Positions 20,537-31,471 of a stretch of DNA of 64,000 nucleotides are shown one piece after another (the first letter of the stretch is position 1; every line of letters starts with the position of its first letter). The notes below the pieces were generated by a model that was not told where the DNA came from, did no database searches, and saw only the letters and a list, made by a program, of their open reading frames with translations. Location of the stretch: NCBI GenBank assembly GCA_963790465.1, contig CAWBOP010000013.1:128092-192091 (forward strand), in the 5' to 3' direction. The DNA comes from Terriglobia bacterium (lineage in GTDB: Bacteria; Acidobacteriota; Polarisedimenticolia; Polarisedimenticolales; JAIQFR01). The position numbers were made by a program, and so were the translations under genes.

Positions 20537-21925
20537 ATGAAGGCACAGACACGTCGCAGCATGTTTCTGATGAGCGTCTTCCTGCTGGTGCTCGCAATGG
20601 CTGTCGTCGCCAGCGTTCAGGCGCAGCAGGGAAAGGTCTCGTCCAGCTACGGCCCGACGAACCAGACCGTGACCTTCGAGCAGATCAAGGCCGCGCGTCT
20701 GGCCGTCAAGGGAGAGCTGGCAAAAGCCCACGGGGAGCTGCTCAGAGCGAGGTACAACCTCGACGTCAAGACCGATCCGGAAGTGAGGATGTCGGGCGGC
20801 AAGTTGGTCCCCGTGGGGCCGACGGCAAGGCTCTCGGGTGTCACCTGGGAGCAACTCGACCGATTGACGCCGGGGCAGATCAAGGAGAAGGGGCTCTTTC
20901 CCTACAAGCCTCTACCCTTCCCCGACCACGCCGAAGGGGGCATGCTCTTCCCCGAGATGACGCTGAAAGCCCTGCCGAGGCTGACCCGCTTCGACCTGGA
21001 CTTCGACCTGCCCGAACAGTTCCTGCCTGACCCGGTGCCGGCCATCTACCTCACCACTCGGCCCGACTTGGGCGATGTGGCCAAGGGCCGGCTCATCACG
21101 ATCAACAATTTCTACGAGATCTTCAATGGCATCCTGAACCCGAAGCAACTCGAAGGGCTCCGTCTCCTGCTCACCCAGTTCCCCCAGCAGCAGTTCAACG
21201 CCACCGAGGACCGGCGGACCGACCGGCCAGACGGCATGCTCGGCGTGACCTGCTTCGACTGCCACGTGAACGGGCACACCAACGACGCCACCCACCTGGT
21301 GGGTGACATCCGACCCCAGGAGTTTCGCCACCGCATCAACACGCCGTCCCTGCGCGGCATGAACATCCAGCGGCTCTTCGGCTCGCAGCGGGCGCTCAAG
21401 ACCGTCGAGGACTTCGTGGAGTTCGAGCAACGGGCCGCGTATTTCGACGGCGATATCTGCATGGCCGCCAAGAAAGGTGTCAACGTTCTGGAGCGGGGAA
21501 CGCAGGTCCACTTCATGGCGGAGTTCCTGGCGCTCCTGGACTTCCCGCCCGCCCCGAAGCTGGACATCTACGGCGAGCTCGATCCGGCCAAAGCGACACC
21601 CGCCGAGCGCAGGGGCGAAACGCTCTTCAACGGCAAGGCGAAGTGCGCCAAGTGCCATCCAGGCCCCTACTACACCGACAACAGCATGAACAACCTCATG
21701 GCCGAGCGCTTCTACAAGCAGGAGCTGGTAAACGGCATGATGATGGCCCATGACGGCCCGATCAAGACCTTCCCGCTCCGGGGCATCAAGGACTCCCCGC
21801 CCTACCTGCACGACGGTCGCTGCCTCACCCTGGAGGACACGGTGGAGTATTTCAACCTTGTCCAGCAGCTCCACCTGAACGCCGAGGAGAAGAAGGACCT
21901 GGTTGCCTTCCTGCGATGCCTGTAG
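20537..21925 (+). CDS. Di-haem cytochrome c peroxidase / MauG-family protein
   Basis: ATG 20537 after GAGGGAGGG. Signal peptide, two haem-c motifs (CFDCH, CAKCH), and a C-terminal RGIKDSPPYLHDGRCLTLEDTVEYF...DLVAFL typical of the CCP family. Confidence 0.85.
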   Translation: MKAQTRRSMFLMSVFLLVLAMAVVASVQAQQGKVSSSYGPTNQTVTFEQIKAARLAVKGELAKAHGELLRARYNLDVKTDPEVRMSGGKLVPVGPTARLSGVTWEQLDRLTPGQIKEKGLFPYKPLPFPDHAEGGMLFPEMTLKALPRLTRFDLDFDLPEQFLPDPVPAIYLTTRPDLGDVAKGRLITINNFYEIFNGILNPKQLEGLRLLLTQFPQQQFNATEDRRTDRPDGMLGVTCFDCHVNGHTNDATHLVGDIRPQEFRHRINTPSLRGMNIQRLFGSQRALKTVEDFVEFEQRAAYFDGDICMAAKKGVNVLERGTQVHFMAEFLALLDFPPAPKLDIYGELDPAKATPAERRGETLFNGKAKCAKCHPGPYYTDNSMNNLMAERFYKQELVNGMMMAHDGPIKTFPLRGIKDSPPYLHDGRCLTLEDTVEYFNLVQQLHLNAEEKKDLVAFLRCL

Positions 21926-22151
21926 TCTCTGCTTCAGGCGTCTGCGGGAGGGGCGTGGTCGTCCGGCGGAGGCGAGGTTGACGAACGCCCCTCGTCGAGG
22001 CTCGAAGCTTGCCACGTAGAAGGGATAGGTTCTGGCCGAACCTGAAACGCCCGAACCATCGTCCGATGCCGAGGTCCTCCCGTTGACGGCGGGCGCCCTC
22101 GTGTTCATCCGCCATGACGGCCGAGGCGCCGAACTTGCCGGGGAAGACGCC

Positions 22152-22886
22152 ATGAGGCTGTTTTCGATGATCGGGCTGTGCTTGTTGCTGCTCGCCGGCA
22201 TGGCAGGCGGAGCCGCGGAAACCCCGGCAGGTTGGAAGACCTACCGCAATGAGAGATTCGGCTACGAGCTGTCGTACCCCGCCGACCTGGAATACCGGAC
22301 GTACGTCGACGGGGCGAGCGGAGAGCTGAAACGCGCCGGCACGGGGCACAGGCTGATCGATTTCGAGGTGTGGCCCCCGGGCGAGTGTCCGCGGCAACCG
22401 GCCGGTGTGGTGGCGAGGGAGATCGGGATCGAACGCGCCCGGACCGTGACGCAGGCCGACGGCCCGGAAGGATCCTCGTCCTGCGGGGATCCGGTGACGG
22501 TCCGCGAATCCACGTCCCTTCACGGAGCGAAGGTCTACGAACTGGAGCTGACCTGCACGCGCGTGACGTATCCGGGATCACGGGACGACTCGGACGACAC
22601 CGAACCCGGACCCGCCGCGGCCGACGCGGGCCCCGTCATGACGCCGGAAGGCAGGAAGGGCCCGACGTATTTCGTCGATATCTCTCCGTCGTGGATGAAG
22701 CGGATCCTGACGGCCGATCCTGCCGGGGTCGATCCGCGGATGCAGCCGATGAAGGAGGAGATCGACCCGGCGCTCGTCCGCAAGATCCTGGGGACGCTGA
22801 AGACGTTCCCGACCAGGAAGCCCGCGGGGCTCTGCATCGAGGAGCTGCAGGACCGGGGCCTGTCGACCGGGAGCCCGGTCCGTTGA
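22152..22886 (+). CDS. Hypothetical secreted protein
   Basis: MRLFSMIGLCLLLLAGMAGGAAE is a signal peptide. No family recognised. Confidence 0.6.
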   Translation: MRLFSMIGLCLLLLAGMAGGAAETPAGWKTYRNERFGYELSYPADLEYRTYVDGASGELKRAGTGHRLIDFEVWPPGECPRQPAGVVAREIGIERARTVTQADGPEGSSSCGDPVTVRESTSLHGAKVYELELTCTRVTYPGSRDDSDDTEPGPAAADAGPVMTPEGRKGPTYFVDISPSWMKRILTADPAGVDPRMQPMKEEIDPALVRKILGTLKTFPTRKPAGLCIEELQDRGLSTGSPVR

Positions 22887-23022
22887 AGGGATGATCGAAA
22901 GGAGTCTGTGAGGATCCGGAGCAGATGCGGCCATCGTCTTCCACCGCCCCTTGCGGTGGCACGCGGCTCGGGCGGGATCACGGGGCGTACGAGGATCTGC
23001 AGCCAGGCAAAGGAGGAACTTC

Positions 23023-23700
23023 ATGAAGAGAGCCATCGCGGTGGGGATCGGTCTGATCGTGCTGGTGTCATTCAGCGCCCGTGCACTGGGCACCACGGAG
23101 GGCGGGGCCGTCACGGGCGACGCTGCGCAGCAGAAGTTGATGGATGGGAACAAGCGATACGTCGAGGCCGGACCCTTGCACCCGGACCAGACCGCCGAGC
23201 GCCGCGCGGAAGTCGCCAGGGGGCAGCATCCCTTCGCGGTCATCGTGAGTTGTGCCGACTCCAGGGTGCCTCCGGAGGTCCTCTTCGATCAGGGGCTGGG
23301 TGACCTGTTCGTCATACGTCTGGCGGGCAACATCCTGGACGATGCGGCCCTGGGCAGTCATCGAATATGCCGTGGAACACCTGGGTGTGAAGTACATCAT
23401 GGTCCTGGGCCACGAACGATGCGGCGCGGTGGAGGCCGCGGTGAAGGGTGGCAAGGCCCCCGGACACATCGGCAGCCTGATCAAGGCCATCCAGCCGGCC
23501 GTCGACCAGGCCAGGAGCCAACCCGGCGAGCTGCTGGACAACGCCGTCAGGGCCAATGTCACGATGGTCGTTCGGCAGGTGAAGTCCTCGGCCCCGATCC
23601 TGAAGGAACGGGTCGAGAAGGGCGACTTGACCGTCGTCGGTGCGCGTTATGATCTGGACGATGGAGTGGTGGCGATCCTCCGCGCATTGACGGACGGCCT
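23023..23700 (+). CDS. Beta-class carbonic anhydrase (one frame break, 3' end uncertain)
   Basis: AAGGAGGA SD. Signal peptide, SCADSRVPPE and (in the next frame) VLGHERCGAV zinc-ligand motifs. The frames join at an extra C near 23359 (..LGS|IEYAVEHLG..). The second frame has no stop until 23833, so the true end is unknown. Confidence 0.8.
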
Positions 23701-23783
23701 GTGCTGTTCAGGCGGTGCCGCCGCACGATGCGCAGATGATCCTCTTCCGTGCACGAGTCACCCTCCGAGCGAAAGGAGCCCAG

Positions 23784-25047
23784 ATGAGACGCTGGATCGC
23801 GGACGCTTCCCCTGTTCCTGGCCCTGGCGGTGATCCTCGCCCCGTCGGCCGTGCGGGCGACCAACGGCTACTTCGAGCACGGCTACGGCACCGACTACAA
23901 GGCCCTCGCGGGCGCCGGCGTGGCGCTGCCCCTGGGCTCGCTCGCGGCGGCGACCAACCCGGCGGCCATGGCGTTCGTCGGCGAGCGCTTCGACGTGGCG
24001 CTCGCGTTGTTCAACCCCAACCGTGACTACACCGTGACCGGCGCCCCATCGGGCTACCCCGGCACCTTCGGCCTCGCCCCCGGCAAGGTGGAGAGCGACA
24101 GCCGCTACTTCCCCGTGCCGTCGCTGGGCTACAACCACCCGCTGGACGAGGACCAGAGCGTGGGCGTGAGCCTCTACGGCAACGGCGGCATGAACACGAA
24201 CTACCCGGAGCCCACCTTCGGCTTCGAGCCCACCGGCGTGGACCTCATGCAGCTCTTCGTCGCCGTGACCTACGCGCGGAAGCTGGACGAGAGGAACGCG
24301 CTCGGCCTCACGCCGGTCCTGGCGGTCCAGCGCTTCAAGGCGACCGGCCTCGCGGCCTTCGCGCCGTACTCGAGCGCGCCGAACGACCTCACGGACAACG
24401 GCTACGCCAGTTCCCTGGGTGGCGGCGTGCGCGTCGGGTACCTCGGGCGCTGGACGCCGCAGCTGGCCTTCGGCGCGTCCTACCAGAGCCGCACGTGGAT
24501 GGGCCCGTTCGACAAGTACCAGGGCCTGTGCGCCGAGCAGGGCGACTTCGACATCCCGTCGAACTGGGTGGCCGGCGTGGTCGTGACCCCGAACCCGAAG
24601 GTGGACTTCGTCGTGGACGTGCAGCAGGTGCGCTACTCCGAGGTGAAGTCGATGGCGAATCCGATCCTGCCGAACCTCGCGCCGGCAACGCTCGGCAACG
24701 ATGATGGCGCGGGCTTCGGCTGGCGGGACATGACCATCGTGAAGGGTGGCGTGCAGTTGCACGCCGCGAATGGCTGGACCTGGCGTGCCGGTTACTCGTA
24801 CGGCCAGCAGCCGATCCCGGAGCAGGAGGTGCTGTTCAACATCCTCACGCCCGGGGTCATCCAGCAGCACGCTACCGTCGGCTTCAGCAAGACGCTCGCG
24901 GGCGGCCGCGACGTGCACTTCGCCCTGACGCGCGCGTTCTCGAACGAGGTCACGGGCGCGAACGTGCTCGAAGCGCCCGGTCAGCAGGAGATCGCGCTGC
25001 GCATGGACCAGTGGGAAGTAGAAGTGGGCTTCGGCTTCGGGCGCTGA
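23784..25047 (+). CDS. FadL/TodX/OmpP1-family outer-membrane transport protein (frame break in signal peptide)
   Basis: ATG 23784 after AAAGGAG. Signal peptide ..LFLALAVILAPSAVRA, then ATNGYFEHGYG, the hallmark of the family. The frame changes in the C-run at 23809-23812. Confidence 0.8.
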
Positions 25048-25357
25048 GCTAGCCCGGCCTATTCATGAAGCGCCGCCTGCGAGTACGATCTGGAGCACGG
25101 CGACTGCGTTGCGCGACCGGGGTGCTCCTCGGCGTGCTCGTCGCGGTGCTGCTGGACAGGTTCGCGCTGCGGGTGCTCTGCAGGGCCAGGCCGGCTCCTT
25201 CGGGAACGACGGCATAGGGGAAGCGGGTCGCAGAAAAGAGCGAGGGTGCTGCCCAGCAAGGAGATGAGGCTGACGAAGCCCGGTCAACTTCAGAGCTTCG
25301 CGGCTTATCCACAGTGTTCGGCGGACGGCACGAGAAGCGTACGGTTGGGGGCATCCG

Positions 25358-25798
25358 ATGAGATCCGGGCTGAGATCCTCGCTCCTGATATGTGCAGGGG
25401 TCATCACCTACGCGCTGGCGCTGTTTCACGCGGGCTTCTGGGTCGTGTTCGGATGGGACGCCGATCTTGCGAAGCTGACCTTCGAGAACCGCGCTATCCT
25501 GCAAACGCTCAACGTGTGTCTGATCTACCTGCTGCTCGCCATAGCCACGGTCTCCGTGTTCGGCCGCAAGGAGCTTGCGGAGTCCCGGTTGGGAAGACTC
25601 GTGTCCGCGTCGGTGGCGGGTTTCTGGGTGATGAGGCTCGTCGCGCAGATCGTATTCTTCGGATTCAGGGAGCCGATCTCCTATGCGATGTCGGCGTTGT
25701 TCGTGGCGATGGCGGTTCCCTACGCTCTCGCCCTCGCGCCAGCACAACCGGACCAGCAGCAGCATCGGAATGGCGTTGCCAGCGAACGTGAACGGTAG
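25358..25798 (+). CDS. Hypothetical 4-TM membrane protein
   Basis: 146 aa with four clear hydrophobic helices. No family recognised. Confidence 0.5.
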   Translation: MRSGLRSSLLICAGVITYALALFHAGFWVVFGWDADLAKLTFENRAILQTLNVCLIYLLLAIATVSVFGRKELAESRLGRLVSASVAGFWVMRLVAQIVFFGFREPISYAMSALFVAMAVPYALALAPAQPDQQQHRNGVASERER

Positions 25799-25976
25799 CC
25801 GCTATTCGCCGAACCCGCGAATCGGCCCGGCGCGCAGGAGTCATCGACCAGACGGAAACGGTACGACGCGCGGGTCATCCGCAAACACGTCGGGCAGCAT
25901 CGAATCGCAAGAGATGGACTCTCAGGGTCGGCGGTGATCGGCCAGCGGGGGGCAGGTCACCTGGAAGGAGGAGCGC

Positions 25977-26402
25977 ATGATCGGAGCACTTATCGCCAGG
26001 CGGGCGCTGGCTGGCGCTTTCGACGCTCTGAACCGTCATGATCTGCCGAGGTTCATGTCAGCCTGGCGAGAGGATGGGACGTTCGTCTATCCAGGCGAAA
26101 TACCTGAAAGCGGAACCTTCCAGGGCAGGAGCGCCGTCGAAGGTTGGTTCCGCCGTTTCTTCGAGCAGTTCCCGGGAATCCGATTCGACATTCAGGATGT
26201 CTGTGTCCGGAACATCTTCGACGTGTCCGGCACAAACGTAGTGGCTGTGCACTGGACCATCCAACTCACCAACCGAGAGGGGCGGATCGGCCAGAACAGC
26301 GGGGTGACGGTCGTGAGCCTCGCTGGCGGCAAGGTCTTCCTGGTGAAGGACTTCATCTTTGATCTCGGCGACAATTTCAGGCGCAATTGGGGCGCGTCGT
26401 AG
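25977..26402 (+). CDS. SnoaL/NTF2-like fold protein
   Basis: 141 aa with GGAAGGAGGAG SD. Pattern ..FMSAWREDGTFVYPG...GRSAVEGWFRRFF.. is typical of SnoaL-like domains. Confidence 0.75.
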   Translation: MIGALIARRALAGAFDALNRHDLPRFMSAWREDGTFVYPGEIPESGTFQGRSAVEGWFRRFFEQFPGIRFDIQDVCVRNIFDVSGTNVVAVHWTIQLTNREGRIGQNSGVTVVSLAGGKVFLVKDFIFDLGDNFRRNWGAS

Positions 26403-26479
26403 GGGCGCGTCGACCTGACGAGGCGTCGGGCGGGATCCTGGATGGCCCTGGAAGCTCCACGGACGCGGAAGGAGGAGTC

Positions 26480-26918
26480 ATGTACAGGAGCGATGCGCCC
26501 GGCCAGGAGTCGGTCGAGGCCGCGATCCGAGCGCGCGTCAAGATGTACGAAGTGGCGTACAACGCCGGCGACGCCGATGCCGTGGCCGCCATTTACGCCG
26601 TTGATGGCACCCACACCTACGCGCTCGGTTTCACCCATCACGGCCGGCTCGAGATCGCCAATGGCCTCAAGGGAGTTGTTTGCCGGGCCGTTCAAGGGCA
26701 CGAAGATCACGATCGACCCGTTGCGCATCCGCGCGCTCTCGCCCGATGTCGCCGTGGAAGAGGCGTCCTTTTCCCTCACGGGTCTCAAGGGGCCCGGCGG
26801 CGCGGATCTCCCGCCGGTCATGGGCCTGTGTCTCGGCGTCTATCAGAAACAGGATCACCTCTGGTTCGCGGTGGCCCTGCAATGCATGGTGCCGCCCCCG
26901 ACCTCTCCACCGAGGTAG
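26480..26918 (+). CDS. SgcJ/EcaC (DUF4440, NTF2-like) family protein, one frame break
   Basis: The N-terminal part (..IRARVKMYEVAYNAGDADAVAAIYAVDG..) is in the 26387 frame and the C-terminal part (ELFAGPFKGTKITIDPLRIRALSPDVAVEE...) is in the 26442 frame. The join is near 26675 (G-run). Confidence 0.65.
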
Positions 26919-27009
26919 CGTGGCAAGGGCTGGCAAGGAGGTGCAGCGGCCGGTCCGCTCCTCGTCCCGCCGCTGACCTCCGGCGCTGGCCGCGCAAGAA
27001 GGAGACTCC

Positions 27010-27661
27010 GTGGTCGAAGCAGCGGCGGTCCGGCACCGGGCGCAGTCCCGCGGGGAGGAGATCGCGAACAGCATCAGCCACGGCACGGGATTCCTCGCGG
27101 CGCTGATCGCCCTGCCGGTGCTCGTGCTCGGCGCGGTCCGGCACGGCGCGGCCGCCACCGTGGGCGCGGCGGTCTTTGCCGTGACCATGGCGCTCCTCTA
27201 CCTGACCTCGACGCTCTACCACGCGCTGGCCCCGAACCGCGCCAAGCGCGTGTTCCACATCCTCGACCACGGCGCGATCTACCTGCTCATCGCGGGGACC
27301 TACACGCCGTTCACGCTGGGCGTGCTCCGGGGCCCGTGGGGGTGGACGCTCTTCGGGGTCATCTGGGCCCTCGCCGTGGCCGGGATCGTCCTCAAGTCGG
27401 TCGGGGGCGTGCGACATCCGCGGTTGTCGACCGGGTTGTACCTGGCGCATGGCGTGGTTGATCCTGGCCGCGGCGCGGCCGTTGTGGCACGCGATGCCGG
27501 GGTGGGGTCTCTTCTGGCTCGCGGCCGGCGGGGTCGCGTACACGGCGGGCGTGGGGTTCTATGCGGCCCGCCGGATGCGGTACGCCCACTTCGTCTGGCA
27601 CCTGTTCGTGCTCGCGGGCACGGCGTGTCACTTCATCGCCGTGCTGCGCTACTCGACCTGA
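27010..27661 (+). CDS. Hemolysin III / PAQR-family membrane protein, one frame break
   Basis: EEIANSISHG, TLYHA, DHGAIYLLIAGTYTP and C-terminal HFVWHLFVLAG motifs. Frame change near 27445. Confidence 0.85.
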
Positions 27662-27680
27662 CCCGGCAGGAGCGTCCCCC

Positions 27681-28022
27681 ATGGACCGCAAAGCCCAGAT
27701 CCGTGCCTACAAGGAATCCCCGCGGCAGATGGGGGTCTTCCGGGTGCGGAACACGACGAATGGCAAGTCGCTGATCGGTTCGAGCGTGGACGTCCCGGCG
27801 ATGCTCAACCGGCAGCGCTTCCAGCTCGGGGCCGGCGGGCATCCCGACCGGGCGCTCCAGCAGGACTGGAAGGAGTTCGGCCCCGCGGCCTTCGAGTTCG
27901 AGACGCTGGACACGCTCGATCCGCCGCAGGAGCCGGGCTACGACCCGGCCGTGGACCTGCGGATGCTCGAGCAGATGTGGCTCGAGAAGCTCGGCCGGCC
28001 GGGCGAACGGGGCTACCGCTAG
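27681..28022 (+). CDS. GIY-YIG-like small protein
   Basis: MGVFRVRNTTNGKSLIGSSVDV...GGHPDRALQQDW..FEFE resembles GIY-YIG domain proteins. The assignment is moderate only. Confidence 0.5.
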   Translation: MDRKAQIRAYKESPRQMGVFRVRNTTNGKSLIGSSVDVPAMLNRQRFQLGAGGHPDRALQQDWKEFGPAAFEFETLDTLDPPQEPGYDPAVDLRMLEQMWLEKLGRPGERGYR

Positions 28023-28089
28023 CATCGCGGGAAGCGGATGGGACTGCGGCAGGTGCAGATGGACCGACACGACAGACCAGGACGCTGAC

Positions 28090-28550
28090 ATGCCGACCGA
28101 GTACGTGATGCGGCCCATCGGCTTCGTGCGGAGCCCGTACCGTGACACGGGAGCAGATCCCGAAGGGCTGCGGCGCCCAGCACGAAGCGATCGGCATCCT
28201 CGAGATCCTGCCCGACTACGAGCGGGGCCTGACCGACATCGAGGGCTTCTCGCACCTGTTCGTGCTCTGGGTCTTCGACCAGGCGGAAGGCTGCGAGCTG
28301 ATGCCCACTCCGCCGACGGACACCGTCCCGCACGGGATCTTCACGACGCGCGCACCCGCGGCGGCCGAATCCGCTGGGGCTCACGGTCGTGCAGCTCCTG
28401 CGGCGGGACGGGCCGCGGTTGCACGTCCAGGGGATCGACATGCTGGATGGGACGCCGATCCTCGACCTCAAGCCGTATCTCTCGGGCGTCGCGCCGGAAG
28501 CGCTGCGGCGCGGGTGGCTGGCGGAGTCCGAACGGCGAAAGGGCGGCTGA
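28090..28550 (+). CDS. trmO: tRNA (t6A37) methyltransferase TrmO/TsaA family, two frame breaks
   Basis: MRPIGFVRSPY / QIPKG..DIEGFSHLFVLWVF...PHGIFTTRAP / RPNPLGLTVVQLL..GIDMLDGTPILDLKPY lie in three successive frames, with breaks near 28145 and 28355. Confidence 0.8.
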
Positions 28551-28626
28551 ACGGTGCCGCGTGCGACGCGGTCCACGTCGGGTGCGCGGAACCAACCGGG
28601 TTGCAGCGCGAAGGGGGAGTGTGGTC

Positions 28627-29103
28627 ATGAGTGACGAGGATGACGCCATCCTGGACCTGCTGGTCGCGCACGAGCAGGCGATCGGGCGGCTCTACGACTT
28701 GTATACCGTGGCATTCCCGGCGCACCGCCCCCTATGGGCACGCCTCGCTGCAGACGAGCGGGCGCACGCGGAGCGCCTCGCGACGCTCCGGGCGGGGACC
28801 CTGCGGGACGCTTGGCGGTCGCGGGGCAGGTGGTTGAGGCCCCAGCCGATCCGGTTGTCGATCGGGTTCGTGGAGCAGCACCAGGCGAAGGTCCAGGCCG
28901 GGGAAACCAGCGCGCGGGAGGCGCTCGCCATCGCGAGGGACCTCGAGAGCGCCCTGCTCGAGAAGCAGTTCGCGAGGCTCGACGATGAGCTGCCTGCCGA
29001 GGTCCTGTCGGTCCTCCGCTACCTCGCTGCCGAGACCGAGCAGCATCGCGCGCTCGTGATCGCTGCGCTCGAGGCGGAGACCGGTGCCGCCGGAGAGGGC
29101 TGA
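28627..29103 (+). CDS. Ferritin-like / rubrerythrin-like four-helix protein (hypothetical)
   Basis: Two E-x-x-H motifs (DERAHAERL, ETEQHRAL) in a helical ~158-aa protein. Confidence 0.55.
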   Translation: MSDEDDAILDLLVAHEQAIGRLYDLYTVAFPAHRPLWARLAADERAHAERLATLRAGTLRDAWRSRGRWLRPQPIRLSIGFVEQHQAKVQAGETSAREALAIARDLESALLEKQFARLDDELPAEVLSVLRYLAAETEQHRALVIAALEAETGAAGEG

Positions 29104-29390
29104 GCCGTCCGCCCGGGATCGCGTCGAGGTCCCGCCCTGCGCTGCGACCTTCCTGGCGCCGCAGGTCATTGCCCGGCTTGCGCCTCCCTCGCGGGGCACC
29201 CGCGCCGGGCCCGCTTCGACCGAATGAATTTCGGTGCGGCGCCCCCATTCCCGCATTGTCCACCGGTCGCCCGAGGCCTTAGAGTCCCCCGCACTTGAGT
29301 TCGAGCGGGGCGTGTCGGCTTCGCTCGCCTTGGCAGCACCCGTGGATGTGTCCGGACCCGCAGCGAAGAGCCCAACGAGGAGGTTGCCCC

Positions 29391-30518
29391 GTGGCGAAGA
29401 AGTTCAAGATCGCGTGGCTGCCGGGCGACGGCGTCGGCGTCGAGGTGATGGAAGCGGCGAAGATCGTGCTCGACAAGGTCGGGCTCGACGCCGAGTACAT
29501 CCACGGCGACATCGGCTGGGAGTTCTGGTGCAAGGAGGGCGACGCCTTCCCGCCGCGCACGATCGAGCTGCTGAAGAACGTGGACGCCGCGATGTTCGGC
29601 GCCATCACCTCGAAGCCGGTCAAGGCGGCCGAGGCGGAGCTGGTGCCGGCGCTGCAGGGCAAGGGCCTGATCTACCGCTCGCCGATCGTGCGCATGCGGC
29701 AGCTGTTCGACCTCTACATCTGCCTGCGCCCATGCAAGGCCTACCCGCGGCAACCCGCTCAACTTCAAGGAAGGCATCGACCTCGTCGTGTTCCGCGAGA
29801 ACACCGAGGACCTCTACTGCGGGCGTCGAGTTCAACCCCGTGCCGGACGAGCTGCGCGACACGCTCGCCGAGCTGTCGCCAGCCGTTCGGCCGTTCAAGG
29901 ACCTGCCGGGCGACCAGTACGCGATCTCCTGCAAGATCAACACGCGGAAGGGCTCGGAGCGCATCGTCCGCGCCGCCTTCGAGTTCGCGCGCAAGCACGG
30001 GCGCAAGAAGGTCACGGTCGTCCACAAGGCCAACGTCGTGCGCGCCACCGACGGGCTGTTCCTCGAGATCGGCGAAGGAGGTGGCGAAGGACTTCCCCGA
30101 GATCGCCATGGACGACGCCAACATCGACGCCATGACGATGTGGCTGCTCAAGAACCCGTTCAACTACGACGTGCTGGTGGCGCCGAACCTCTACGGCGAC
30201 ATCATCTCCGACCTGTGCGCGCAGATGGTCGGCGGGCTGGCTTCGGCTGCTCGGGCAACATCGGCGAGAAGCTGCGGTGTTCGAGCCGACGCACGGCTCG
30301 GCGCCGAAGTACGCCGGGCCAGTACAAGGTGAACCCGATCGCCACGATCCTGGCCGCCAAGATGATGCTCGACTGGCTGGGCGAGACCGACGAAGGCGCG
30401 CGCGCTCGAGCAGGCGCGTGGCCGCGGTCATCACGCGAGGGCAAGGTCCGCACCTACGACATGGGCGGCACGAGCACGACGCTCGAGATGGCGCGAGGCC
30501 ATCGCCGCGAAGCTCTGA
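29391..30518 (+). CDS. Isocitrate/isopropylmalate/tartrate dehydrogenase-family enzyme (many frame breaks)
   Basis: GTG 29391 after GAGGAGG. KIAWLPGDGVGVEV, FRENTEDLY, NLYGDIISDL and FEPTHGSAPKYAG are found across three frames, with at least 6 frame changes by eye. Confidence 0.8.
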
Positions 30519-30539
30519 GCGGCTGCGCCGGGCGAGACC

Positions 30540-31471
30540 ATGACGCGCAAGGTCATCCTCCACGAGGTCGGCCTGCGGGACGGCCTGCAGATGGAGAAGC
30601 AGGTCGTCCCGCTCGAGCAGAAGGACGCCTGGATCCGCGGCGCTGCTGGCGGCCGGGCGTGGACATCATCCAGGTCGGCTCGTTCGTCCACCCGGAGAAG
30701 GTGCCGCAGATGGCGGACACCGACGAGCTGTTCCGCACGTCTCGACGCCGGGCAAGACCGCCGGCGCCGTGCTCTCGGGCCTGGTGCTGAACGAGAAGGG
30801 CCTGGAGCGCGGCCTGGCCTGCGGCGTCGAGATGTTCTGCATGGGCGTCTCGGCCAGCGAGACCCACAGCCGGAAGAACACCGGCATGAGCACCGCCGAG
30901 GCCACGCAGCGCATCATCGCGATGGCGCAGCAGGCGCGTCGGCGGCGGGCAAGAAGGTGCAGGTCTCGGTGCAGTCGGCCTTCGGCTGCGGCTTCGAGGG
31001 CCCGGTGCCCGCGGAGCGCGTGCTCGGCATGGTGCGCGCCGTACCTCGAGGCGGGGCTGCGCAGCATCAGCCTCGCCGACACCGCCGGCCACGCCGACCC
31101 GGCGCAGGTCGAGCGGCTCTTCGGCGCGGTGCTCGACGCTCGACCCGACGGTCGAGTGCACCTGCCATTTCCACAACACCTACGGCCTCGGCCTGGCCAA
31201 CTGCTACGCCGCCATGCGCGCGGGCGTGACGTCGTTCGAGACGTCCGTTCGCCGGCCTGGGCGGCTGCCCGTTCACGAAGGTGGCCGGCCGGCAACGTGT
31301 CCACCGAGGACCTCGTCCACGTCGCTGCAGCGGCAGGGCCTGCGCACGGACGTGGACCTCGACGCGGCTCGATCGCGGTCGCGCGCGACGTGGCGGCGCA
31401 TCTTCGGCCGCGACCTGCCGGGCTTCGTCCACCGGACCGGGCCCGATCGCGACGCAAGCGAGCCGTCATGA
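30540..31471 (+). CDS. HMG-CoA-lyase-like (DRE-TIM) lyase (many frame breaks)
   Basis: EVGLRDGLQ, VQVSVQSAFGCGFEG, CHFHNTYGLGLAN and GLGGCPF are spread over three frames. Confidence 0.8.
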
